The position numbers were made by a program, and so were the translations under genes. Shown here one piece after another: positions 1 through 8,595 of a stretch of 64,000 nt of DNA (position 1 is its first letter; each line of letters opens with the position of its first letter). The stretch is from Planctomycetota bacterium (GTDB lineage: Bacteria > Planctomycetota > Planctomycetia > Pirellulales > UBA1268). Where the stretch lies: the NCBI GenBank assembly GCA_003671185.1, contig QWPN01000032.1, positions 15,805-79,804 of the forward strand. Reading direction: 5' to 3'. The notes under the pieces were generated by a model, which was given only the letters and a program-made list of their open reading frames with translations, was not told where the DNA came from and made no database searches.

Positions 1-1278
1 CACGCGGCGAACGCCGCCTTTCGCATGCGCATCCCACTGGGTTCGGCGCAGGCTTCCGCCACCCAATGGGCGGCCGGCGGCGATCGCGGCTACGGCCCGG
101 CCCGCGACTACCGCGGTGAGGACGTGGCAGCCGCCTGGTGCTACGTCCCCAGTTTCCGCTGGGGACTGGTCATCAAGCAGGATGCCGACGAGGCCTTCGC
201 CCTGGTGAGATTCCAGCGACTCGCGATCATCGGCCTGTCCTTGGCCACGATCGTGGGAGTGACGGCGGCGGCACTGGTCGTGGCCCGCACGATCTCCAAT
301 CCGATCCGCACCGCGGTGGCGGTGGCCAAGCAGGTGGCCGGCGGCGACCTGCGCGCCGACGTGGGGATCGTCTCCAACGACGAGACCGGCGCCCTGCTGG
401 CGGCCGTGCAGACGATGACCAACGACCTGCGCGGGCTGATCGGCCGCATCCAACATTCCTCGGTGGCGCTGATCTCCACGGCCACCGCCATCCAGGCCAC
501 CTCCAGCGAGCAGCAGCAGGTGATCGCCGACTACGGCGCCTCGACGAGCCAGGCCGTGGCGGCCGTGAAGCAGATCTCGGTCACCAGCCAGGAACTGCTG
601 CGCACCATGACCGAGGTCAACGACATGGCCGGCCACACCGGCACCATGGCCGCGGCCGGCCGCGTCAATCTGGCGGGCATGGACGGCACGATGCGGCAAC
701 TGGCCGCCAGCACCTCGTCGTTCGGCGCCAAGCTGGCGGTGATCAGCGAGCGGGCGGCGAACATCAACCTGGCGGTGACCACGATCACCAAGGTGGCCGA
801 CCAGACCAACCTGCTCTCCATCAACGCCGCCATCGAGGCGGAGAAGGCGGGCGAGTACGGGCTCGGCTTCCTGGTCGTGGCCCGGGAGATCCGCCGGCTC
901 GCCGACCAGACGGCGGTGGCATCCCTCGACATCGAGCGCATGGTCAAGGAGATGCAGTACAGCGTGTCCGCCGGTGTGATGGAGATGGACAAGTTCGCCG
1001 AACAGGTGCGGGCGGGGGTCCGAGAGATCGGCGAGGTGTCGGAGAAACTCGGTGAGATCATCACGGCCGTGCAGGGCATCTCCGGCCGCTTCGGCCAGGT
1101 GACGGAAGGCATGCGGGCCCAGTCCCAGGGAGCGGAGCAGATTCGCGAGGCCATGATCCGCCTCGCCGAGGGTGCCGCCCGCACCGCCTCCTCGCTCAAC
1201 GAGTTCAACGGCGCCACGGTCCACCTCCGCGACGCGGTGGGTGATCTCAAGGAGGAGGTGTCGCGGTTCACCATCTGA
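1..1278 (+). CDS. Methyl-accepting chemotaxis protein (5' end cut by window edge)
   Basis: ORF 25..1278 stays open in frame back to position 1. It has a Cache-like tail ([25 protein letters not shown]), a TM helix, a HAMP domain, and an MCP signalling domain with the conserved tip [39 protein letters not shown]. Confidence 0.92.
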   Translation, partial: HAANAAFRMRIPLGSAQASATQWAAGGDRGYGPARDYRGEDVAAAWCYVPSFRWGLVIKQDADEAFALVRFQRLAIIGLSLATIVGVTAAALVVARTISNPIRTAVAVAKQVAGGDLRADVGIVSNDETGALLAAVQTMTNDLRGLIGRIQHSSVALISTATAIQATSSEQQQVIADYGASTSQAVAAVKQISVTSQELLRTMTEVNDMAGHTGTMAAAGRVNLAGMDGTMRQLAASTSSFGAKLAVISERAANINLAVTTITKVADQTNLLSINAAIEAEKAGEYGLGFLVVAREIRRLADQTAVASLDIERMVKEMQYSVSAGVMEMDKFAEQVRAGVREIGEVSEKLGEIITAVQGISGRFGQVTEGMRAQSQGAEQIREAMIRLAEGAARTASSLNEFNGATVHLRDAVGDLKEEVSRFTI

Positions 1279-1316
1279 CGTCGCGTCCCCGCGGCGCGGT
1301 GCCCCCGGCAGCCGGC

Positions 1317-1796
1317 ATGCAACTCCTCACTTTCACCGTCGCCGGACAGGCCTACGCCATCGAATCGCGGCGGGTGGTCGAGGTGCTGCCCCTCGTGCCG
1401 GCCCGCCCCATCCCGCACACGCCCGCCTACGTGCGCGGCATCTTCCCCTACCGCGGCCGGCTCGTGCCCCTCATCGACCTGAGCCTGCGGCTCGCCGACC
1501 GGCCTCCCGACGAACGACTCAGCACGCGGGTCATCGTCGTGGAGCCTGCCGGCCGGGTCCCGGACTGCTCGCAGTCGGTGGCCCGGTTGGGCCTGATTGC
1601 CGAAAATGTGATCACGATCGGCTCCGCGGAGGATGCCGATGCCGCCTTGCCGGCCCTCGATCTGCCCGACGCCGCGTTCCTGGGACGCATCCTGCGCATC
1701 GCCGGCCACACGGTGCAACTCCTCGACGTCGACCGGTTGCTGCCCCCCGAACTGGCGGCCGGGCTGTTCCCCGCCACCACGCCGAGCCCGACATGA
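1317..1796 (+). CDS. cheW: CheW coupling protein (WspB-like position)
   Basis: The tracked ORF 1299..1796 starts at a GTG; the first ATG is at 1317 (MQLLTFTVAGQAYAIESRRVVEVLP...YVRGIFPYRGRLVPLIDL, a CheW fold signature). The stop overlaps the cheR start (ATGA at 1793-1796). Confidence 0.85.
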   Translation: MQLLTFTVAGQAYAIESRRVVEVLPLVPARPIPHTPAYVRGIFPYRGRLVPLIDLSLRLADRPPDERLSTRVIVVEPAGRVPDCSQSVARLGLIAENVITIGSAEDADAALPALDLPDAAFLGRILRIAGHTVQLLDVDRLLPPELAAGLFPATTPSPT

Positions 1797-3016
1797 ACCT
1801 GCAGGGTCCCGAAACGCTGCTCCGCACATGGATCGGGCTGGATGCGGCCACGATCGGGTCCGCGGCCCTGCGCCGCGCGGTTCGCGCCCGGATGGACGCG
1901 CTGGGGCTCGCCGACCCGGACGCCTTCACCCTGCTGCTCAATTCCGATGACGCGGAGCGGGATCGGCTGGTGGAAGAGGTGATCGTCGCCGAAAGCTGGT
2001 TCTTCCGCGACCGCCAGGTGTTCGACTTCGTGGCCGACTTCGCCGTCACGATCGCGGCCCTCCCGGGCCGTGCGCCGGTGCGGGTTCTCAGTGCACCCTG
2101 TGCGTCGGGCGAGGAGCCCTACTCCGTGGCGATGGCGCTGCTGGACGCCGGCCTGGCAGCCGGACAATTCACCATCGACGCCGTCGACGTGAGCCGGGCG
2201 GCTCTGGAACGAGCCCGTCAGGGCCGCTACTCGGCGAATGCGTTCCGGAACGCCGACACCTCGTTCCGCGACCGCTGGTTTCGCCTGGAGGGGGGCACGG
2301 CGACGATCGACGAGCGACTGCGGGCGGGCGTGTGCTTCGAGTGGGCCAACCTGCTGGACGCCGGGTTCGCCACGACACGGGGACCGTACGACGTGGTGTT
2401 CTGTCGGAACCTGCTCATCTATCTCGGCGACGAGGCCCGCGGCCGCGTGGAGCGGCTCATCGACGGCCTGCTGGCACCGGACGGCATCCTCGTGCTGGGG
2501 GCGGCCGAACCGCCGATCATGAAGGGGGACTGGATTGCGGCCGGCGCGGCCTCGGTGTTCGCCTTACGCCGCGGCATTCATCTGCCCCGGGCCCCGGGCG
2601 GAACGGCAACGGCCCCGCGCCGCCCCAGACCGCCCCTGCCCCAGCCGGTGGCGCCGCCGCCGGTCACCGCAACGATGCCGCCCGCCACCGCCCCCTCGTT
2701 GCAGGAGATCCTCGACGCGGCCGGAGCCCTGGCCAATGCCCGACGGCACGTCGAGGCGCTCGAATTCTGCGAACGGCACCGCAACGCCGTGCCTCCCGCA
2801 GCGGAACTCTTTTTCCTGATGGGCATGCTGCACCAGTCGCTGGGCGACCTCGACCGTGCCGAGGGATGCTTCCACAAGACGCTGTACCTCGACGCCACGC
2901 ACGAGGAGGCGCTGTTGTCGCTGGCGCTGCTCGCCAAGCGCCGTGGCGACGACCGCATGGCCGAAACCTACCGGCAGTCGGCGGCCCGCGTGCTGGCGCG
3001 AAAGGCGGCCCCATGA
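1793..3016 (+). CDS. cheR: CheR-type chemotaxis methyltransferase with C-terminal TPR region (WspC-like)
   Basis: In-frame ATG at 1793 inside the long ORF 1172..3016; the upstream part is Arg/Pro-rich GC noise. Motifs include ESWFFRD, VLSAPCASGEEPYSVAM and VVFCRNLLIYL. The C-terminus is TPR-like (FLMGMLHQSLGDLDRAEGCFHKTLYLDATHEEAL). Confidence 0.9.
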   Translation: MNLQGPETLLRTWIGLDAATIGSAALRRAVRARMDALGLADPDAFTLLLNSDDAERDRLVEEVIVAESWFFRDRQVFDFVADFAVTIAALPGRAPVRVLSAPCASGEEPYSVAMALLDAGLAAGQFTIDAVDVSRAALERARQGRYSANAFRNADTSFRDRWFRLEGGTATIDERLRAGVCFEWANLLDAGFATTRGPYDVVFCRNLLIYLGDEARGRVERLIDGLLAPDGILVLGAAEPPIMKGDWIAAGAASVFALRRGIHLPRAPGGTATAPRRPRPPLPQPVAPPPVTATMPPATAPSLQEILDAAGALANARRHVEALEFCERHRNAVPPAAELFFLMGMLHQSLGDLDRAEGCFHKTLYLDATHEEALLSLALLAKRRGDDRMAETYRQSAARVLARKAAP

Positions 3017-3717
3017 TCGACCGCCGCCCCCCCCAACCCGTCGTCGCCCCGATGCCCGACTGCTGGCGCGTGATCGGCGTGGGCGGCGACCGCAGCTGCC
3101 CGGAACTCGAGCAGTTCATCCACTGCCGCAACTGTCCCGTGCTGGCCGACGCCGCCCGCACCTTTTTTGACCGTGCCGCCCCCGCTGGCTACCTCGAGTC
3201 GTGGCACGACATCCTGGCAGAGCCGGCCCAGGCGGCCGACACGGAGGCCACGAGCCTGCTCGTGTTCCGCATCGAGAGGGAATGGCTGGCCCTGCCCACG
3301 GCACTGCTCGTGGAGGTGACGCCGGTGCGAACACTGCACAGGGTGCCGCACCGGGCCGGTGGCGGGCTGGCCGGACTGGTCAACATCCGCGGCCAGCTGC
3401 AGCTTTGCATGTCGCTGCACGCCGTGCTCGGTCTCCCAGGTGGGCCTTCGGCTCGCCCCCACGGGGACACGTCCACCCCCGCCCGCCTGCTGGTCGTGGA
3501 ACGGGAGGGCGAGCGGCCACAGCGCTGGGTGCTCGGCGTCGACGAGGTGGCCGGCGTTCAGCGCGTGGCCCGATCCGCCCTGCGACCCGTCCCCTCCACG
3601 GTGAGCCAGGCTTCGGCTCGCTGCTCGACGGCGCTCTTCGAATGGCAGGACAGGACGGTGGCCCTGCTCGACGAAGGCCGGCTCCTCGAGGCCCTGGCGG
3701 GCATGGTGACGTCATGA
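3013..3717 (+). CDS. CheW-like protein with N-terminal Cys/His-rich motif (WspD-like position)
   Basis: ATG at 3013 lies inside ORF 2332..3717 and forms an ATGA overlap with the cheR stop. The CheW-like core reads LLVFRIEREWLALPTALLVEV...GLVNIRGQLQL. The N-terminus carries CW-x12-C-x9-HC-x2-C. Confidence 0.8.
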   Translation: MIDRRPPQPVVAPMPDCWRVIGVGGDRSCPELEQFIHCRNCPVLADAARTFFDRAAPAGYLESWHDILAEPAQAADTEATSLLVFRIEREWLALPTALLVEVTPVRTLHRVPHRAGGGLAGLVNIRGQLQLCMSLHAVLGLPGGPSARPHGDTSTPARLLVVEREGERPQRWVLGVDEVAGVQRVARSALRPVPSTVSQASARCSTALFEWQDRTVALLDEGRLLEALAGMVTS

Positions 3718-3756
3718 GCCGTACGCCGTTTCATCGGGTCTGCGGAGGACAGCGCC

Positions 3757-6108
3757 GTGGCTGAAGATCTGAGCGGTTTCTCGATGTTGGAGTTGTTCCG
3801 GCTGGAGGCCGAAAGCCAGACGGCCGTGCTCTCGGCCGGTGTGCTGGCGATCGAGGAACTGCAGCGCTCCCCGCAGACGGTGGAGTCGATGATGCGGGCT
3901 GCGCATTCCCTCAAGGGCGCAGCCCGGATCGTGGGCCTGGAACCCGCGGTGGGGGTGGCGCACGGTCTGGAGGACGTGTTCGTGGCGGCGGGCTCGGGAC
4001 AGCTCCGCGTGCAACCCGAACACGCCGACCTGCTGCTGGCCGCCATCGACTTCCTGGCCTCGATCGCCCGTGCCCCCGACGCCCTGGACGTCGACGGCCC
4101 CTGGCCTGCTCGCGCCGCGGAGTTGGTGGCCGATCTGGCTTCATTGCTGGCCCATGACGGCGCCGCGACGCAGGCCGGCCCAGCGCCCGGCGGCGGTGGG
4201 GCCACACTGATTCCGGAGCCGGCCCCGCCCGCCCCTGCAGCGGAGCCGGCCACCGTGTCGGCAGCAGCGCCGCTCGCGTCGGCGGCCCCGTCGCCCATGA
4301 CCCCGGCTCCCGACCAAGCCGACCGGGTGGTTCGCGTCTCGGCAGACAGCCTCACCAGGCTCGTGGGCCTGGCCGGCGAGTCCCTTGTGGAGACGCGGCA
4401 GTTGCGGCCCTTCGTCGACTCGCTGCTGCATGTGCGATCCACCGAGGTCGATATCTGCGACGCCCTGTCCGCGCTCGAAGAGAAACTCAAGGCCGGCGAC
4501 GCGGCGCTGCCCCCCGCCATCACGGCCCTGCTGGCGGGCATCCGCGAGCGGGCCGACGCCGGCCTGGCGCTGCTGAACCGGCACGTGGAGGACTTCGAGG
4601 GCTTCGCCCGGCGCAACGAGGACCTCTCCAACCGCCTTCACACCGAGGTGATCGCCAGCCGCATGAGGCCGCTGGCCGATGGCATTCGCGGCTTTCCGCG
4701 GCTCGTCCGCGACCTGGCCCGCACGCTGGGCAAACAGGTGCGCTGGGAGGTGCGCGGCGAGCAGACGGGCGTCGACCGCGACATCCTCGACAAATTGGAG
4801 GCGCCCCTCTCGCACCTCATCCGCAACGCCCTCGATCACGGCATCGAAACCGCTGCGGAACGCGCGGCGGCCGGCAAGCCGCCCCTGGCCACCGTGCGTC
4901 TGGAGGCCCGCCACCGGGCCGGCATGCTTCACATCACGCTGGCCGACGATGGTCGCGGAATCGACGTCGAGCACCTGCGGGCCAGGGCCGTGGACCGCGG
5001 GCTCGTGGCCCGGCAGGTGGCCGACCAGCTCGGTGAACTGGAGTTGCTCGAGTTCCTCTTCCTGCCCGGTTTCTCCACCAAGGATCAGGTGACGGAGATC
5101 TCCGGCCGCGGCGTGGGGCTCGACGTGGTGCAGAGCATGGTCAAGGCGGTGGGCGGCGGCGTCCGCGTCTCGACGCAGCCCGGCCGGCAGACCGTATTCA
5201 TCCTGCAGTTGCCGATCACGATGTCGGTGATCCGGGCCCTGCTGGTGGAGATCGGCGGCGAACCCTACGCCTTTCCCCTGACCCGCATCGATCACATCCT
5301 CCACTGCCACCATGCCGATATCCGCACGGTCGAGGGCCGACAGTACTTCAACCGGGACGGCGCCTCGATCGGGCTGGTGGCGGCGGCTCAGGTGCTGGAG
5401 TCTGCGACCGCGGCCCCGCCCGATCCCATGCCGGTGGTGGTGATCAGCGACCGCGGCCAGCAGTTCGGCATGATCGTGGACGCCTTCCTCGGCGAACGCG
5501 ACCTGGAGGTGCGGCCTCTCGACCCGCGCTTGGGAAAGGTGCCCGACATCAACAGCGCGTCCTTGCTCGAGAACGGCGACCCGGTGCTGATCGTCGACGT
5601 CGAGGACCTGGTGCGCTCGATCGACAACGTGCTGATGGGCCGGCGGCTGTCACGGGTGGAATTCGAGCGGCTGGCGGACCAGGCCCGGCAGCGCAAGCGC
5701 ATCCTGGTCGTCGACGATTCGATCACGGTCCGGGAACTGGAGCGGCAACTGCTCCACGCCCGCGGCTTCACCGTCGACGTCGCGGTCGACGGCATGGACG
5801 GCTGGAACGCCATCCGCGGCACCCACTACGACCTCGTCGTCACCGACGTGGACATGCCGCGCATGGACGGCATCGGCCTGGTGTCGCTCATCAAGGCGGA
5901 TGCCGCCCGCCGCGACATTCCCGTGGTCATCGTGTCCTACAAGGACCGCGAGGAGGACCGGCTGCGGGGCCTCGACGCGGGGGCCAACCGCTATCTCACC
6001 AAGAGCAGTTTTCACGACGAGACGTTCGTCGATACGATCATCGACCTGATCGGTGAACCCGATGCCGCACCTGCCGTGCCGGCGCCGGGCGGTGACAGGG
6101 AGCGATGA
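3757..6108 (+). CDS. cheA: Hybrid CheA histidine kinase with C-terminal receiver domain (WspE-like)
   Basis: GTG start with a GGAGGA 7 nt upstream. Domains: Hpt (AAHSLKGAARIVG), HATPase (HLIRNALDHGIE, DDGRGID, GRGVGLDVV), a CheW-like domain, and REC (ILVVDDS...DLVVTDVDMPRMDG...K). Confidence 0.95.
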   Translation: MAEDLSGFSMLELFRLEAESQTAVLSAGVLAIEELQRSPQTVESMMRAAHSLKGAARIVGLEPAVGVAHGLEDVFVAAGSGQLRVQPEHADLLLAAIDFLASIARAPDALDVDGPWPARAAELVADLASLLAHDGAATQAGPAPGGGGATLIPEPAPPAPAAEPATVSAAAPLASAAPSPMTPAPDQADRVVRVSADSLTRLVGLAGESLVETRQLRPFVDSLLHVRSTEVDICDALSALEEKLKAGDAALPPAITALLAGIRERADAGLALLNRHVEDFEGFARRNEDLSNRLHTEVIASRMRPLADGIRGFPRLVRDLARTLGKQVRWEVRGEQTGVDRDILDKLEAPLSHLIRNALDHGIETAAERAAAGKPPLATVRLEARHRAGMLHITLADDGRGIDVEHLRARAVDRGLVARQVADQLGELELLEFLFLPGFSTKDQVTEISGRGVGLDVVQSMVKAVGGGVRVSTQPGRQTVFILQLPITMSVIRALLVEIGGEPYAFPLTRIDHILHCHHADIRTVEGRQYFNRDGASIGLVAAAQVLESATAAPPDPMPVVVISDRGQQFGMIVDAFLGERDLEVRPLDPRLGKVPDINSASLLENGDPVLIVDVEDLVRSIDNVLMGRRLSRVEFERLADQARQRKRILVVDDSITVRELERQLLHARGFTVDVAVDGMDGWNAIRGTHYDLVVTDVDMPRMDGIGLVSLIKADAARRDIPVVIVSYKDREEDRLRGLDAGANRYLTKSSFHDETFVDTIIDLIGEPDAAPAVPAPGGDRER

Positions 6109-7112
6109 ACATGAGGATCGGCATCGTCAATGACGTGAGGGCTGCCTGCGAGGCGCTGCGCCGCGTCGTCGACAGCCTGCCGGACCACGAGGTGATCTGG
6201 ACCGCCGGCGACGGCGTCGAGGCCGTGGCGCTCGCCCGGCGGGACCGGCCCGATCTGATCCTCATGGACCTGCTGATGCCGCACATGGACGGTGCCCAGG
6301 CCACGCGGCAGATCATGGCCAATGCCCCGTGCGCGATCCTGGTCGTCACGGCCACGGTGAGCGGCAACATTTCCCTGGTGTACGACGCGATGGGGTACGG
6401 CGCGCTCGACGCCGTCGACACGCCGATGCTGGGGCCGGGCGGCGAGGTGAGCGGGGCCCGGGCGTTGATCGACAAGATCGGCATCATCGCCAAGCTGGTG
6501 GGCAGCGGCGAACCCCGGCGGGGGACGCGACCGGCGGCGGCTGCTGGCCCGCCGCGGCTCGTGGTGGTGGGCGCGTCGACGGGAGGGCCCAAGGCCGTCT
6601 CCGACCTGCTGCTGCCGCTGCCCCGGGACTGGAACGCGGCCGTAGTCGTCGTGCAGCACGTCGACGTGGCCTTCGTCCAGGGGCTGGCGAAGTGGCTCGG
6701 TGACCGCACCGGCCGGCCAGTGCGGGTGGCCGAGCACGGCCAGACGCCGCAGGCCGGCGACGTGCTGCTCGCCGGCACGAACGACCACGTGGCGCTCACC
6801 CGGTCCGGCACCCTGGAATACCGCGTCGAACCCCGCGACGTGTTTTTCCGACCCAGTGTCGACGTGTTCTTCGAGAGCGTGGCCGAACACTGGCCACACC
6901 CGGGCGTGGCCCTGTTGCTCACCGGAATGGGCCGCGACGGCGCCCGGGGCCTGCTCGCGCTGCGCCGGCGTGGCTGGCACACGATCGCCCAGAACGAAGC
7001 CTCGAGCGTCGTGTTCAGCATGCCCAAGGCCGCCATCGACGCGGGCGCCGCCTGCGAGGTGCTGCCGGTCGATCAGATGGCGCGGGTGATCGCGGCGCAG
7101 TTCAGCGTCTGA
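6105..7112 (+). CDS. cheB: CheB protein-glutamate methylesterase (REC + esterase; WspF-like)
   Basis: ATGA overlap with the cheA stop. REC domain (IGIVNDV...DLILMDLLMPHMDG) and esterase domain (VVVGASTGGP, VVQHV, LLTGMGRDG). Confidence 0.95.
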   Translation: MNMRIGIVNDVRAACEALRRVVDSLPDHEVIWTAGDGVEAVALARRDRPDLILMDLLMPHMDGAQATRQIMANAPCAILVVTATVSGNISLVYDAMGYGALDAVDTPMLGPGGEVSGARALIDKIGIIAKLVGSGEPRRGTRPAAAAGPPRLVVVGASTGGPKAVSDLLLPLPRDWNAAVVVVQHVDVAFVQGLAKWLGDRTGRPVRVAEHGQTPQAGDVLLAGTNDHVALTRSGTLEYRVEPRDVFFRPSVDVFFESVAEHWPHPGVALLLTGMGRDGARGLLALRRRGWHTIAQNEASSVVFSMPKAAIDAGAACEVLPVDQMARVIAAQFSV

Positions 7113-8595
7113 GCCTGGCGCCGTGGTCGGTCCCCTCGGAGCGGCCTCCCGCCTCCTGTGCGATCACCCGCATCACCCGCAGCACCGTGGCCTCGTCGCG
7201 GCCCGGCCCGGCGATCACCTGCACGGCGACGGGCAAACCGGCGCTCCCCTCGTCGGCACGCGCGGCGGCCCGCAGCACCGGATCGCGGGCCGGAGGACGG
7301 CAGCGTTCCTCGTCGCCGCGCACCCGCGTCACGGGGACGGCCCCGGCCGGCAGGTCGAGCAGGTTCGCCAGCAGGCAGGGAGCCGCCGCAAGGAGCAGTT
7401 GGTCGGCACTGCCATGCCGCAGGGCCGGCAGCGCCGACACCGGGCAGACGATGGCATCGCAGCCGGCGTACTCGGCCGCGAACCGCATGGCGATCGCGTC
7501 ACGGGCCGCCTCCAAGGCCGCCATACCGGCCGCGCCGCGCGGACCAGTCGAGCCCAGGGCACGGGCCTCGAGCCGACTGCCCAGCAGCCCGACCAGCGCC
7601 GCCAGGGGACCCCGCAGCGGCCGGGACAGGCCGCCGATCTGCAACAGCCGCCGCACAGCGCGGATCGGCCGCGTGCGTCCGAACAGTGACCGGACCTGGG
7701 ATCCACCGTCGGCCGAGAGGATCGCCAGGTGCAACCAGGCCGCCTCGCACGCCAGCGCCCCGTCGCGGGCACTCGCCTCCGCGCCGGCATCGCGGAGCCA
7801 CCCCACGGCCTCGTGCACACCGCGCACGATCGCCGCGGACGCGGGAACCGGACCTGCGTCATCCCACCAGGCCACGCGTAGCGGCAGCTCGCAGGCCCCG
7901 GGCTCCGTGGCACCGACGGCGACCAGCGCCAGTTCCAGGTCATCGATCGTGCGGCCCAGGAAGCCGGCCCGCGGCCTCACCACCCGCAACAGCGGCATCG
8001 TGTCGAAGGCCCCACCATCACCTAGGACGGCACTGCGTGGCATGATCGTGGCGATTCCGCAGGCATGGGCCGGCTGCCGCAGGCTGCCCGCCAGATCATT
8101 GCCCACGGCCAGCGGCACCACGCCGGCCGCCACCAGCGCCGCGTCGCCCCCGCTCGATCCGCCCGGGCCGCGCTCGGCGGCCTCGGGATGGACGCTGCGG
8201 CCCCAGACGGGATTGTCGGTCTCGTGCAAGTACATCGCCTGGGGCACGTTCCCCTTGCCGATCACGATGGCGCCGGCCGCCCGCAGCCGCGAAACGAGCG
8301 GCGCATCGGCCGCATCCACACACGAGCGCCGCGACTCGATGCCCAGCGAGGTGAGCATTCCGCGGACCGGAAAACATTCCTTGATGCTGACCGGCACGCC
8401 GGCCAACAGGCCGGTTGGCGCCGCATCGACGGCCGCCGCATCATCGGCCGCGGCACGGAACCGCTGCTGCACGAGCGCGTTGAGACGTCCGTGCAGGGAC
8501 GCGTGCCGGCTGAGGTGGTCGTCGAGCACGTCGACGGCCCGAACCCGGCCGGCCACCACGGCCGACGCGATGCCTGCCGCCGATCCGACGGTCAC
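7102..8595 (-). CDS. Amidase-signature family amidase
   Basis: 497 aa with the AS signature GGSSGGDAALVAAG and an upstream K (PVSIKE). The GTG start forms a GTGA overlap with the upstream gene's stop (8592-8595). The 3' end overlaps cheB convergently by 11 bp. Confidence 0.9.
   Translation of the reverse strand: MTVGSAAGIASAVVAGRVRAVDVLDDHLSRHASLHGRLNALVQQRFRAAADDAAAVDAAPTGLLAGVPVSIKECFPVRGMLTSLGIESRRSCVDAADAPLVSRLRAAGAIVIGKGNVPQAMYLHETDNPVWGRSVHPEAAERGPGGSSGGDAALVAAGVVPLAVGNDLAGSLRQPAHACGIATIMPRSAVLGDGGAFDTMPLLRVVRPRAGFLGRTIDDLELALVAVGATEPGACELPLRVAWWDDAGPVPASAAIVRGVHEAVGWLRDAGAEASARDGALACEAAWLHLAILSADGGSQVRSLFGRTRPIRAVRRLLQIGGLSRPLRGPLAALVGLLGSRLEARALGSTGPRGAAGMAALEAARDAIAMRFAAEYAGCDAIVCPVSALPALRHGSADQLLLAAAPCLLANLLDLPAGAVPVTRVRGDEERCRPPARDPVLRAAARADEGSAGLPVAVQVIAGPGRDEATVLRVMRVIAQEAGGRSEGTDHGARLRR

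Noticed and set aside
1172-1792. The 5' extensions of tracked ORFs were considered as real coding sequence. Examples are cheR from 1172, cheW2 from 2332, M32 peptidase to 12614, nuoJ to 32553, nuoC to 35663, fliW from 18608, GAP1-like to 47906 and the dynamin-like gene to 62718.
   Set aside because: The extensions overlap the preceding genes, have noise-like composition, and contain internal starts that give canonical N-termini, SD sequences or ATGA/GTGA coupling.
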